A stretch of DNA of 64,000 bases. Origin: Candidatus Magasanikbacteria bacterium CG10_big_fil_rev_8_21_14_0_10_36_32 (lineage in GTDB: Bacteria; Patescibacteriota; Patescibacteriia; Magasanikbacterales; GWA2-37-8). The DNA is taken from the NCBI GenBank assembly GCA_002778465.1, contig PFBV01000001.1, positions 4,150-68,149 on the forward strand. The letters are read 5' to 3'. A model generated the notes under the pieces. That model saw only the letters and a list, made by a program, of their open reading frames with translations, did no database searches and was not told where the DNA came from. Below are positions 8,980 through 18,836 of this stretch, piece after piece (within the stretch, counting starts at the first letter, position 1; every line of letters begins with the position of its first letter). The position numbers and the translations under genes were made by a program.

Positions 8980-10854
8980 TTAGTCTAAAGACAGCAGAGA
9001 ATTGGGGTTGGGATCAACCTTCCAATCATCTGGCAAATTTTTAATGATTAATTTAACATTTTTTTTATATTGTTCATAGCCAATTTTTATTAGAATAATT
9101 CTCCAATATTGGCGGCGAAAAAAGCGAGGGGTGGATTCTAAAGAACAGCTTATTTTAATTTGATTTTGGTCTTTAGTCAAGTGTTGTAATAAAGAAAGAA
9201 CTTTTTGTCCAGCTGTTGCTGCTGCCGTTTCCGAAGTGTTGCCGTAAAATATTTTTAGTAAAAAATTATATGGCGGATATTTAAACAGTCGGCGTTCTTT
9301 AAGTTGTTCTTGATAAAATTTTTCAGGTTGATACAAAGCTTGAAAAACTGGATGCTCAGGATAGTTTGTTTGGATATATATTTTACTGTCTGCCGGCAGG
9401 CGATACTCGGCTGTGCGTAATCCTTGCCAAAGATATTCAGGCGCTTTATATTCAGGGACAATTAACGACATATCAGCGTCTAGAATGGCCATTAGTTTTA
9501 TTTGTGACCAATCAATCCGACCCCAAGCGTATTCTGTGCCAACAATAATTTTTTGTTGTTTATTATTATATAATTCATTCGGTGTTTCCGACGCGCTGTC
9601 TATCCGCATAATTTTAAATTTTTTCAAGTCAATATTTTTTTTCAACGCAGTTTCAATACCCGCCGTGCCCGTCCCCATATGTACCAAAGTGACATTGTCG
9701 CATTTGTCGCAACGCTCAGGCATTTTTTGCGTAGTTCGGCAATAATGACATCGTATTGTTTCTTCGTTTTTATAGTAAGTGAGCGGGCGTTGACATTGAA
9801 CACATTTAAAAACAAAACCGCAGTCTCGGCAAAAAACAAATCCGGCATCGCCACGTCTATTAATAAATAAGAAAATGTCGCCGTCAATGGTGTTTTTTAT
9901 GTCATTAAGCAAATCATCATTCAATAATTCATAATTTCCTCCGCGGCGTTCTTGTTTAATATCTATCAGTCTAAATCGGCGACGGAAAGGTTTGATTTCT
10001 AATTTATCTGATTTATAAACTTTTTTGTCGGCGAAATAGTAAGTTTCTACTGAAGGCGTATGTGTTAAAAAATGTACTTGAGCTGTTTGCCATTTAGCCA
10101 ACATGATAACCGCATCACGAGTATGAAATCGAGGAGCCATGTCCCAACTTTTATAATCCGGATTACCTTCATCGTCTAAAAAAATGCTGGTTAAGTTGGT
10201 CCAAGGTAAAAATAACGCCCGACGAGTACCCAAAACTATGGCCTTTGGATTGTTTCTTATGTTTAACCAAAGTTCAAACATTTCTTTGTCGCTCATTTCA
10301 CTGGTTACCACGAAACATTTTTTCTGTATTTCTGCGGGTAAATCACCGATTAATTCGCGTAGTTGTTTTATTTCAGGAACTAATATTAAGGTTTGGCCAA
10401 TTTTTTCTATATTATTTTTTAAATAATCTTTTTTTTCGTTAATGGTGGAATAGATAAAAATTTTTGGCCGATCGAATTTTTGTTTAATTTTATTTTTTAT
10501 TTTTTCTATGGAAATTTTTGTAATTTTTCTTTTTTGCAATGGTAGCAGGTTGGATTTAAGAAGAAAATTTAGAGGAGTTCGGTAAAACACGGACAATTCT
10601 TCCAAAAAACCGAGTTGAGCTTCTGTTAAAATTTGTTCTGCAAAAACAATTTCTTGAATTTTTTTTAGTTTTGTTATTGTGGTTGATGAAGTTTGGTTGA
10701 TGGAGGTTATAACGCCAAATTCAACACTGTTTCTAAACGGCATTTTAACCAATTGTCCAATTTTAATTTGATCGGCAATTTCTTTGTCGGCAGTATAATC
10801 AAAAATATTTCTAGACAATGGTAGCCTTTTAATTGGCGCGATCTGAACCAGCAT
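8980..10854 (-). CDS. priA: primosomal protein N' (PriA-like helicase) with degenerate Walker A
   Basis: The LILVPEI segment, the Cys4-Cys4 zinc-binding region (CRDCGFVFKCVQC...CHYCR...CDKCDN) and helicase motif V (GTEYAWG..LDAD) are PriA-like. YSTINEKKDY replaces GVTGSGKTEVY, and DDEG replaces DEEH. Confidence 0.7.
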   Translation of the reverse strand: MLVQIAPIKRLPLSRNIFDYTADKEIADQIKIGQLVKMPFRNSVEFGVITSINQTSSTTITKLKKIQEIVFAEQILTEAQLGFLEELSVFYRTPLNFLLKSNLLPLQKRKITKISIEKIKNKIKQKFDRPKIFIYSTINEKKDYLKNNIEKIGQTLILVPEIKQLRELIGDLPAEIQKKCFVVTSEMSDKEMFELWLNIRNNPKAIVLGTRRALFLPWTNLTSIFLDDEGNPDYKSWDMAPRFHTRDAVIMLAKWQTAQVHFLTHTPSVETYYFADKKVYKSDKLEIKPFRRRFRLIDIKQERRGGNYELLNDDLLNDIKNTIDGDIFLFINRRGDAGFVFCRDCGFVFKCVQCQRPLTYYKNEETIRCHYCRTTQKMPERCDKCDNVTLVHMGTGTAGIETALKKNIDLKKFKIMRIDSASETPNELYNNKQQKIIVGTEYAWGRIDWSQIKLMAILDADMSLIVPEYKAPEYLWQGLRTAEYRLPADSKIYIQTNYPEHPVFQALYQPEKFYQEQLKERRLFKYPPYNFLLKIFYGNTSETAAATAGQKVLSLLQHLTKDQNQIKISCSLESTPRFFRRQYWRIILIKIGYEQYKKNVKLIIKNLPDDWKVDPNPNSLLSLD

Positions 10855-10857
10855 AGT

Positions 10858-11649
10858 TTAAAAAATAAATTCAGCTGTTAGATAACCGACACCAAAGGGG
10901 GCTTCATAAGCCAATTTTTTGTAAGTGTATTTTTTGTTTTGCAAAACACCCATTAACATCAAAATTGATCTTAATCCGCATTCGGCGGCGTCAGCCACCA
11001 ATTGATTGTCCATTTGTATCATACCTGCGGCATTACCCGCTTCAAGCAGTTCCTGTATTTTTTTATCAAATTTCTCTCCATTTGGATTAAATCCGGCCGG
11101 AGCATCGGTGGTTAATGCATGTGACATATCTCCTGAAGCGATAATGGCTATGCGCTGATTACTATTTTCAATCTGATCTTTTAATAAGACGCCAAAATCC
11201 AAATGGTTTTTCCAGCTTAAATTACAAAAACCGAGCTGTAGAACATGAATTTTTGGCAAATGTTTAGTTAAATAAAAAAGTGGCACAACTGAACCGTGGT
11301 CTAACACTTTTTCGCTAATCATAACTGCCGGAAAATGATTATTTTTTGTTGATGTTCTGATGTGATATGCTAAAGACATGTCACCTTTAAAAATTAATTT
11401 TGTTGACAAATCGCCAAATTCTCGCAAATCAGTGGTATATTCCGGACAATTATTAATTGTGAACGCATCACTGAAAAGACTGCCGTGCGGAGAAATGATT
11501 ATAATAACATCCGGATGAGTGGCATAAAGAGCCTCTTCTAATTCTTCCATCGCTTTTTTTGTTTTATCAATTTTTTTTAAAGCAGTTTTTCCAATGGTTG
11601 GAATTAAAATTGGGGGATGTGGAGTAATGGCGGCAAAAACTAACGACAT
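10858..11649 (-). CDS. LigB/MEMO1-family protein (class III extradiol dioxygenase-like fold)
   Basis: ITPHPPILIP and LDHGSVVPL motifs, 263 aa. The family assignment is from recalled motifs only. Confidence 0.45.
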   Translation of the reverse strand: MSLVFAAITPHPPILIPTIGKTALKKIDKTKKAMEELEEALYATHPDVIIIISPHGSLFSDAFTINNCPEYTTDLREFGDLSTKLIFKGDMSLAYHIRTSTKNNHFPAVMISEKVLDHGSVVPLFYLTKHLPKIHVLQLGFCNLSWKNHLDFGVLLKDQIENSNQRIAIIASGDMSHALTTDAPAGFNPNGEKFDKKIQELLEAGNAAGMIQMDNQLVADAAECGLRSILMLMGVLQNKKYTYKKLAYEAPFGVGYLTAEFIF

Positions 11650-11654
11650 AATGT

Positions 11655-13877
11655 TTAATTATTGATTGAAAGTTTTGTTTGTTCAGAAATTAACCAATTG
11701 GCCAATCGGTGCGGTTCGCTAAATCTTTGGGCGAAATTATTGTTGCCCAGAGTAATAATAACTTTTTGCGCTTTGGTAGTTTTGTCTTCAATTAAAATAG
11801 CCATTACTGTGCCGGCTTCATTGGTATAACCGCTGTTGCTGGCAAGAATTCTATATTTTTTTGTTGAGTCAAGCATTAGCTTGTTAACATTACTGATTGT
11901 ATGTGTGACTGTTTTGTTTTTGCTGAGTAATTCACGAAAAGTATAAGTTGTATTTGATATTGTATCCTTTATTGTGGAATTGGCAACAACCTTAATAAAA
12001 ATTTTTAACATATCGCGTGCTGTAGACACATTGTCTTTGCTTAAGCCGGTAACATCCTTTATTTGACTGTTATCAGCACCCCAATCGTCTAATCGTTTGT
12101 TGATGTTGGATATTAGGTTTTTTTCACTTAGGCCACTGGCTTGAGCAATCATTCGTGACGCGTTATTGACCGAACCGATCAACATTGAACTGAGCAAGTC
12201 AATGTTTTTTATTTTTTCACCGTTGATTAATCCGAGAGGATTTCCAGAACTGGCGTAAGAGCTGCTTTGGTAAGTTGTGGATTTACTCAAATCTAAATTT
12301 TGTTGAAGTGATTCATAAGCAACTAATAATTTTGTCAGAGATGCTATGGGACGTTTTTTATCAATATTTTTTCCGCTGATAATTTTTCCGCTTGGATATT
12401 CGGCTACTAAGTAAGCATCTATTTTTGTAGCGAATAAATCGTCCACCGGCCCCTCATTATCTCCCAAAAATTTGTTTTGTGAAGATGCTAAAGCGTTATT
12501 AACATAAATTGGCTCTCCTTCCGGAATGTTCAATGATGTCAGTAAAGTTACGGTAATAACATTTTCTAATTTGTAGCCCATAGCTGAAAAAGTTTCGGAA
12601 TCGGTAATATTTCTTTTTTTACCTTTGTCTATCACATACAATTTATTATTATCTTTTATTTTTAAGAGTGTGCCGTCTGCAAAATTAATTGGCATATTAG
12701 CTGTTTCAAATTTTGCCAAATCTTTGATTTGATGTTTTTCCACTGACAAATTTTTATATGGATTTATTTTTAAAATAGCGTTATCGGTAATAGGATAAAG
12801 TTTGCTGTCTTTAAGAAGGTAATAAGCGTTATTTAAATCGGTAATTTGATAAATAACACCTTGAGGTGCAACCGTGGTGGCGTTAATTTCAGCTCCGATG
12901 GCATAGCCAGCAATATCTTGTTCATAGATATTAATAATTTCTTGAGGATTATATCCTAATTGTCTAATTGTTTCATCAGATGCGAATGGACGCAAAGTAT
13001 CGTAGTCAACAAGATAAGTTTTAGTCGGTGTTTTAAGTAAGGAATAGTTGGCAAAATTTATATCTGAACCGTCAGGATAGTTTGTTAAATCTATGTCTGG
13101 AATTATTACCGCCAATTTTGGGTCGCTTCGAGACATTAAGATAGAATTATTTTTAATTTTTCTTTTTGTTCCATTTTGGACAACCCAATACTCGCTGCTG
13201 GAAGCTGATTGTAAAAGTGTACCGTTTGGATATAGTTGGCTGAACCAGCTTTGCCAAATTTTCCAAAAATTTTTATTACCTTGGAGATGTGGTGTGTAAG
13301 TATAGAGAAAAGCTGTTGCCCAGCTTTGAGGGGTAACTTCTTGGCTGTCTATCAGTATTGATTGATTTTTTTGTTTAATAAAACTGGATTGATTTTTATT
13401 GTCATAATACCAGCGGATAATTCCAGCTGCGCCGTCAACTTGTTTTCCAAAACCTTTATTTTTAACAACCCGCGGATCGCTTAAATTACATCCGTCGCAA
13501 ACGGCATAACCGGTTGCCCAATCTAACTGTCTGGCGGTAGGGGAGTCGTCGGTAATTAAACTTTGTTCTTTTTGTAAAGTCACCAATAAAAATTTTTGGC
13601 TGATTTGATTATTAACCGCTGCTTCATAAATTATGTCGGCTGCCGATTTTAACATCCCGCTAGCGTCGACAGTTTGGTAATTTCGCAAATAACTTCCGCG
13701 GCTGTCTAAAAACTGTTGAACGCCGTCTCTTGTTAGAGCGTTGCAGTTTTGAATTTCTTCATCAGAAATGATGTAATGAGGATTAAAATCTGTGGCTGCA
13801 ACGGTAATTGCCGGCACTCCTATTAATAAAATAATCAAAGCGGAAAAATAAAATTTTATTGTTTTTTTGTGTGACAT
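11655..13877 (-). CDS. D-alanyl-D-alanine carboxypeptidase (S11 PBP5-like) with ~480-aa N-terminal extracellular extension
   Basis: The C-terminal domain has SLTKLL (SxxK), SSGN (SxN) and NSGYT motifs. There is an N-terminal signal/TM. ATG at 13877; the track TTG is at 13895. Confidence 0.75.
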   Translation of the reverse strand: MSHKKTIKFYFSALIILLIGVPAITVAATDFNPHYIISDEEIQNCNALTRDGVQQFLDSRGSYLRNYQTVDASGMLKSAADIIYEAAVNNQISQKFLLVTLQKEQSLITDDSPTARQLDWATGYAVCDGCNLSDPRVVKNKGFGKQVDGAAGIIRWYYDNKNQSSFIKQKNQSILIDSQEVTPQSWATAFLYTYTPHLQGNKNFWKIWQSWFSQLYPNGTLLQSASSSEYWVVQNGTKRKIKNNSILMSRSDPKLAVIIPDIDLTNYPDGSDINFANYSLLKTPTKTYLVDYDTLRPFASDETIRQLGYNPQEIINIYEQDIAGYAIGAEINATTVAPQGVIYQITDLNNAYYLLKDSKLYPITDNAILKINPYKNLSVEKHQIKDLAKFETANMPINFADGTLLKIKDNNKLYVIDKGKKRNITDSETFSAMGYKLENVITVTLLTSLNIPEGEPIYVNNALASSQNKFLGDNEGPVDDLFATKIDAYLVAEYPSGKIISGKNIDKKRPIASLTKLLVAYESLQQNLDLSKSTTYQSSSYASSGNPLGLINGEKIKNIDLLSSMLIGSVNNASRMIAQASGLSEKNLISNINKRLDDWGADNSQIKDVTGLSKDNVSTARDMLKIFIKVVANSTIKDTISNTTYTFRELLSKNKTVTHTISNVNKLMLDSTKKYRILASNSGYTNEAGTVMAILIEDKTTKAQKVIITLGNNNFAQRFSEPHRLANWLISEQTKLSINN

Positions 13878-14003
13878 ATCAACATTTTTGGTCAAAAATT
13901 ATGTTTTTTTATCTTCCATATTATATCATGAAAAGATTACATAAAACAACCCTCTAAAAATATGTTAATTTAGCTGTTTAAATTAGTTAAATTGTTTATT
14001 TGT

Positions 14004-14039
14004 AAAAACACCAAGGATAAATACCCTTGGTGTTTTTTG
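14004..14039. terminator. bidirectional terminator hairpin downstream of clpB
   Basis: A perfect 10-bp stem (aacaccaagg / ccttggtgtt) with an 8-nt loop, flanked by an A-run and a T-run. Confidence 0.7.
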
Positions 14040-14062
14040 TGGATGCAATTTATAAGCCATGG

Positions 14063-16696
14063 TTAGCTGATTTTGATTTCTCCCTTACCCATTGTAATTT
14101 TAGCTTTTTGTCCGTCGGTTATTTTACCCTCAATAATCATCAGGGATAATTTATCTAGCAATTCAGTTTGGATGACTCGTTTGAGTGGGCGGGCGCCAAA
14201 AGTGGGATCATATCCCTCTTTGGCGATATGTTTGCGGACAGCTTCATCAATATCCAATGTAATTTTTCTTTCAGTTAATCTGTTTTGAACTTGTATTAAC
14301 TGTAGATCAACAATTTTTTCAATTTGTTTTTCTGTCAATGAATGGAAGATTATTGTTTCGTCTAAACGATTTAAGAATTCCGGACGGAAATGGTTGTGTA
14401 ATTCTTCCAATATTTTTTCTTTGATCTTATCTTCTTGATTTTTTATTTTTTTATTTCCGTCGCCAAATCCCAATTCGGCGCCACGTTTTAAATTAAGAAT
14501 CATTTGACTGCCGATGTTGCTGGTCATAATTATGACGGTATTTTTGAAATTGACTTGTCTTCCTTTTGCATCAGTCACTCGTCCATCATCTAAAATTTGC
14601 AACATAATATTAAACACATCAGGATGGGCTTTTTCAATTTCATCAAATAAAATTACGGCATACGGCCGGCGACGGATGATCTCTGTCAATTGACCGCCTT
14701 CTTCATAGCCGACATAACCTGGCGGCGAGCCAATAATTTTAGAGACACTGTGTTTTTCCATATATTCACTCATATCTACTCTAACTAATGCGTCTTCCGT
14801 ATCAAACATAAATTCAGCTAAGGATTTGGCTAATTCGGTTTTGCCAACACCTGTTGGTCCAAGAAATATGAACGATCCGATTGGTCTATTAGGTTCAGAA
14901 ATCCCGGCTCTTGCTCGGCGAATAGCATTGGAAATCGATTTGATAGCTTCATCTTGTCCAATTACTCGTTTGGTTAATTCTTCTTCCATATTCGCCAGTT
15001 TATGAGATTCGCTTTCCAGCATTTTAGAAACAGGGATGCCTGTCCAGCGGGAAACTACTGTAGCAATATCAGTTTCAGAAATTTCTTCTTTTAAAATGCC
15101 GCGTTTTTTTTGCAAATCAGCTAATTTGTGTTCATCTTTTTTAATTTTGTTTTCCAATTCCGTAATTTTACCATAACGAATCTCAGCGACTTTTTGCAAA
15201 TCACCCTTACGTTCTTCAATCTCGGCTTGTTGTTTTGACTGATCAATTTCTTTTTTACTGTCATGAATGCGTGTAATAATATCTTTTTCATTTTTCCATT
15301 TAGCTTCTAACTGAGAGCTGTTTTCTTTTAAATTGGACAAATCTTTTTCTAATTTGGACAATTGTTCTTTAGCATCTTCATTTTTTTCATTTTGTAAGGC
15401 TCTTTTTTCAATTTCTAATTTAATCATTTTTCGTTTCATTTTATCCAGTTCTTCAGGCATAGATTCAATTTCTAAACGCAAAGCTGAAGCAGCTTCATCT
15501 ATCAAATCGATGGCTTTATCTGGTAAAAATCGATCGGTAATATAACGTTCCGATAATTTTACTGCAGCCGTAATAGCTGCGTCGGCAATTCTAACGCCGT
15601 GGTGAACTTCATATTTTTCTTTAATTCCACGCAAGATGGCGATAGTGTCATCTTCGGTCGGTTCATTAACCATAACCGGCTGAAAACGGCGTTCTAAAGC
15701 GGCATCTTTTTCAATGTGTTTTTGGTATTCTTTAATAGTGGTAGCGCCAATAGCATGCAATTCTCCACGCGCTAACATTGGTTTTAACATGTTGGCCGCG
15801 TCTACCGCGCCTTCAGAAGCTCCAGCACCGACAATGGTGTGTAATTCGTCTATAAAAAGAATTATTCTACCGGCGGCGGCGTTTACTTCTTTTAATACGG
15901 CTTTTAAACGATCTTCAAACTCGCCGCGAAACTTAGCTCCAGCTAAAAGCGAACCAATATCTAATCCGATTATTTCTTTGTTTTTTAAAGATTCAGGCAC
16001 ATCGCCGTTTACAATTCTTTGAGCTAAGCCTTCAACAATAGCGGTTTTTCCTGTGCCGGGTTCCCCAATTAAAACCGGATTGTTTTTTGTTCGGCGGGAA
16101 AGAATTTGCATGACTCTGCGAATTTCATCGTCGCGACCGATTACCGGATCAATTTTTTCTCCGCGCGCCAAATCAGTCAAATTTTTTCCATATTTTTCTA
16201 AAGCATTATATTTGCTTTCCGGTTCAGGAGAATCAACTTTTTGCGTACCGCGAATTCCGGCCAAAGTTTTTAAAACTAGGTCATAATTCGTATTATATTT
16301 TTTATTTATCAAATCACTGACAGGGTTGTTGCGGACTAAAAATGCCAACAATAAATGTTCCACACTGATGTATTCATCTCCCATTTTTTTTGCTTCTTGT
16401 CCGGCTGCTTGTAATATTGCCACTGTGCCAGGACCAAGTACAACTTGTCCGGGAGCGGGGGAGTTGAGAGTGGTTTGTTTTGGCAATTGTCCAACTATAT
16501 TTTGAATATCGTCTAACAAGTCGGTCAATTTCAAATTTAGCTTGTTAAATAAAGCTGAAACAATACCTTCTTCGTCTTGCAATAACGCCAAAAAAATATG
16601 TGGCGGTTCAACCTGTGGTTGACCATTTTGCATGGCGATTTGTGAAGCAATTTGTAATGCTTCTTGTGATTTATGCGTAAAATTTTGAGGATTCAT
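14063..16696 (-). CDS. clpB: ATP-dependent chaperone ClpB
   Basis: An 877-aa protein with two AAA+ modules ([16 protein letters not shown]), a middle coiled coil and an N-terminal Clp_N domain. Confidence 0.9.
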   Translation of the reverse strand: MNPQNFTHKSQEALQIASQIAMQNGQPQVEPPHIFLALLQDEEGIVSALFNKLNLKLTDLLDDIQNIVGQLPKQTTLNSPAPGQVVLGPGTVAILQAAGQEAKKMGDEYISVEHLLLAFLVRNNPVSDLINKKYNTNYDLVLKTLAGIRGTQKVDSPEPESKYNALEKYGKNLTDLARGEKIDPVIGRDDEIRRVMQILSRRTKNNPVLIGEPGTGKTAIVEGLAQRIVNGDVPESLKNKEIIGLDIGSLLAGAKFRGEFEDRLKAVLKEVNAAAGRIILFIDELHTIVGAGASEGAVDAANMLKPMLARGELHAIGATTIKEYQKHIEKDAALERRFQPVMVNEPTEDDTIAILRGIKEKYEVHHGVRIADAAITAAVKLSERYITDRFLPDKAIDLIDEAASALRLEIESMPEELDKMKRKMIKLEIEKRALQNEKNEDAKEQLSKLEKDLSNLKENSSQLEAKWKNEKDIITRIHDSKKEIDQSKQQAEIEERKGDLQKVAEIRYGKITELENKIKKDEHKLADLQKKRGILKEEISETDIATVVSRWTGIPVSKMLESESHKLANMEEELTKRVIGQDEAIKSISNAIRRARAGISEPNRPIGSFIFLGPTGVGKTELAKSLAEFMFDTEDALVRVDMSEYMEKHSVSKIIGSPPGYVGYEEGGQLTEIIRRRPYAVILFDEIEKAHPDVFNIMLQILDDGRVTDAKGRQVNFKNTVIIMTSNIGSQMILNLKRGAELGFGDGNKKIKNQEDKIKEKILEELHNHFRPEFLNRLDETIIFHSLTEKQIEKIVDLQLIQVQNRLTERKITLDIDEAVRKHIAKEGYDPTFGARPLKRVIQTELLDKLSLMIIEGKITDGQKAKITMGKGEIKIS

Positions 16697-16712
16697 AATA
16701 TTAGAATAATAG

Positions 16713-16739
16713 TTATCACTCTATCGTTTAGAGTGATAA
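16713..16739. promoter_or_regulatory. CIRCE-like inverted repeat (TTATCACTC-N9-GAGTGATAA) in clpB 5' region
   Basis: A perfect 9-bp inverted repeat with a 9-nt spacer. It differs from the CIRCE consensus TTAGCACTC-N9-GAGTGCTAA at one symmetric position. It lies 17 nt upstream of the clpB ATG and overlaps the predicted TSS. Confidence 0.55.
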
Positions 16740-16740
16740 T

Positions 16741-16769
16741 ACTATATCAAAAGTTTAAAATAAAGTCAA
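16741..16769 (-). promoter_or_regulatory. sigma70-like promoter of clpB (TTGACT-17-TATAGT)
   Basis: Read on the minus strand: -35 TTGACT (16769-16764), a 17-nt spacer, -10 TATAGT (16746-16741). It lies immediately upstream of the CIRCE-like repeat. Confidence 0.5.
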
Positions 16770-16810
16770 GACCCTTGTTCAAAAATAGCGATTATTTATG
16801 TTTAATTTAA

Positions 16811-16838
16811 ACAAAAATCCGCCCTGGTTAGGGCGGAT
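16811..16838 (-). terminator. terminator for the 16977..17516 gene
   Basis: An 8-bp stem (atccgccc / gggcggat) with a 6-nt loop, followed on the minus strand by a T-run. Confidence 0.6.
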
Positions 16839-16976
16839 AGAAAACAAAATAAACAAGGTTAGTGTGATTTGCGCGATTGGCTGCGTGTCATTATCCAACA
16901 GAGTAGGTGTCCGACAAAATGAGGGGTTGTGGTAATGACAATTATGGCCGCGTGGATAAAAATTTTGCCGGAATTT

Positions 16977-17516
16977 TTATCGTAGCAAAAACTCTTCTTC
17001 AAAGTCATTATCACAGAGATCTTCTTCTGTCAATCTTGTCAATATTTGAGTTTCTTTCTGCTTCAAATCTTTTAACCAATTTTCCATTTGGATTCGGTCT
17101 GTTTTAATCTTGGCTATCCAATCATCATCAGATTCTGTGTAGAAATCGTATTTGCCACAATGAAATTGACGCCATATTGCGGCGTTTTCCAGGGTTTGCA
17201 ACTGATGAATAATTTCTAAGCATTCATAAATTGCCTGTTGGCAGGAACCTATAAGTCCATTAGAACGGGAGATTGAAAATATTCCGTTTGGGTTGATATA
17301 CCAGCGCCAGTGCCAACGCGTGATTTGATTTTTCACGAGACGATAATCGTCTACCAGTTCGTACCACCAGGAATGATGATCATAAGTTGTTTTGGGAATT
17401 TTTTGCGATACGCACTGAAGTGAAAAATCTACCAGTTTGACGATTAGGAAAATAAACAGAAATGCCAATGAACAAACAGCCAAACCCAGCAACAAAGCGC
17501 TAGCCACGTTAGACAT
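16977..17516 (-). CDS. hypothetical membrane-anchored protein (N-terminal TM, Trp-rich)
   Basis: An N-terminal hydrophobic helix and an ATG start. No family recognised. Confidence 0.45.
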   Translation of the reverse strand: MSNVASALLLGLAVCSLAFLFIFLIVKLVDFSLQCVSQKIPKTTYDHHSWWYELVDDYRLVKNQITRWHWRWYINPNGIFSISRSNGLIGSCQQAIYECLEIIHQLQTLENAAIWRQFHCGKYDFYTESDDDWIAKIKTDRIQMENWLKDLKQKETQILTRLTEEDLCDNDFEEEFLLR

Positions 17517-17546
17517 TTTAAACTTCTCCTTTTGTTGGTTTTTTAT

Positions 17547-17861
17547 TTAATGACAACAAGAGCCGTCATGGTGGTGATGTGTTTTAACTTTATCTTGATG
17601 ATGTTGATCGTGATGATCACAACAAGTGTCATGCGCATCATGGCTGCTTGGCCCATGGTGATTTATTTTTGGCATTTTTGTCAGCCATTGGCCACGATGT
17701 TTTGAACAAAGTTGAATACGAATTAGCGCTATAGTTCTAACTAGGTAGAATTTGGCGTATTCACACAAAAAAATAATGCAGGCAATGGAAAAACAAATAG
17801 TTCCTATGATATTCAACCAATCAAGAATAAAATCAATCCCGTCAGTTTGGGGAAATGTCAT
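17547..17861 (-). CDS. small membrane protein with His/Cys-rich C-terminal tail (putative metal-binding)
   Basis: Two predicted TM helices are followed by HHGPSSHDAHDTCCDHHDQHHQDKVKTHHHHDGSCCH. Confidence 0.5.
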   Translation of the reverse strand: MTFPQTDGIDFILDWLNIIGTICFSIACIIFLCEYAKFYLVRTIALIRIQLCSKHRGQWLTKMPKINHHGPSSHDAHDTCCDHHDQHHQDKVKTHHHHDGSCCH

Positions 17862-18023
17862 AGTTTCATTTCTTTCCGCTTTTTTATGATTTTTCGCAAA
17901 ATCAAAATTGCGACCGTGATGATTATTGCTGTTAGCATTTTATAATCCTTGTTTGTATTTTGTTGTAAAGAACGGTGTAAATTACATTTTGATAGTAGCA
18001 TTAAAATGTCCTTCAGTCAAGCT

Positions 18024-18052
18024 TGAAATTAAACTCCGAATAGGTTAATATA
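18024..18052 (+). promoter_or_regulatory. sigma70-like promoter (TTGAAA-17-TAATAT) giving leaderless/near-leaderless mRNA
   Basis: The -10 ends 8 nt before the ATG at 18061. Confidence 0.45.
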
Positions 18053-18060
18053 TTCATATT

Positions 18061-18831
18061 ATGCCAGTTGTTTTAAATGTTCGAGTTGATAATTTAAGTT
18101 TGACGGAAGCGCGGGAAAAAGCCCGTGGTTTTTTGCATTCATCAAGTTCGCATACCATATTTACTCCTAATCCGGAAATGATTGTTAAAGCTCAAGCCGA
18201 TCAATACTTTAAGGATGTACTAAATAAAGGCAGTTTGAATTTATGTGACGGATTTGGGTTGCATATTGTTTCTGGCGCGCGGCGAATTGCGGGAGTTGAT
18301 TTTATGATGGAAATTTGTCAGATTTCAGCCGAAGAAAATAAGAGTATTTTTTTACTTGGTTCTTCCAGTGATGATATTGCCAAAAAAACGGCGGAAGAAT
18401 TGAAAACAATAAATCCATCATTGCGAATTGTCGGACATTTTCGTGGACCGGATATAAATGAAAATATTAAAATTTCCAAACAAAAGAATTGTGATAAGCG
18501 GTTAATTGTTGATGAAACGGAAAATGAGATAATAATACAACAAATCAATGAGAGTGGTGCTAAAGTAGTATTTGTTGCCTTTGGTATGGGTAAACAGGAA
18601 AAGTGGATTATGGAAAATTTGTCTAAAATGCCTCAAATTAAAATTGCTATGGGAGTTGGTGGTTCGTTTGATTATATTTCCGGAACCGTTAAGCGCGCTC
18701 CTTGCTGGATGCGTCGGATTGGTTTAGAATGGGGATATAGGTTTTTAACACAACCAAAAAGAGTTGGCAGAATATTTAACGCCACAATTAGATTTATATT
18801 TTTAGTTTTGGAAAATAATTTTAAATTTTGA
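18061..18831 (+). CDS. WecB/TagA/CpsF-family glycosyltransferase (GT26)
   Basis: Contains FTPNPEMIV, a GMGKQEKWI-type motif and PCWMRRIGLEWGYRFLTQPKR, typical of TagA/WecG. Confidence 0.75.
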   Translation: MPVVLNVRVDNLSLTEAREKARGFLHSSSSHTIFTPNPEMIVKAQADQYFKDVLNKGSLNLCDGFGLHIVSGARRIAGVDFMMEICQISAEENKSIFLLGSSSDDIAKKTAEELKTINPSLRIVGHFRGPDINENIKISKQKNCDKRLIVDETENEIIIQQINESGAKVVFVAFGMGKQEKWIMENLSKMPQIKIAMGVGGSFDYISGTVKRAPCWMRRIGLEWGYRFLTQPKRVGRIFNATIRFIFLVLENNFKF

Positions 18832-18836
18832 TTTTT

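Noticed and set aside
15333-16286. Four + strand ORFs inside clpB (15333..15545, 15714..16022, 16053..16286, 14073..14288).
   Set aside because: They are antisense to a highly conserved AAA+ chaperone gene and Ser/Ala-rich from codon complementarity.
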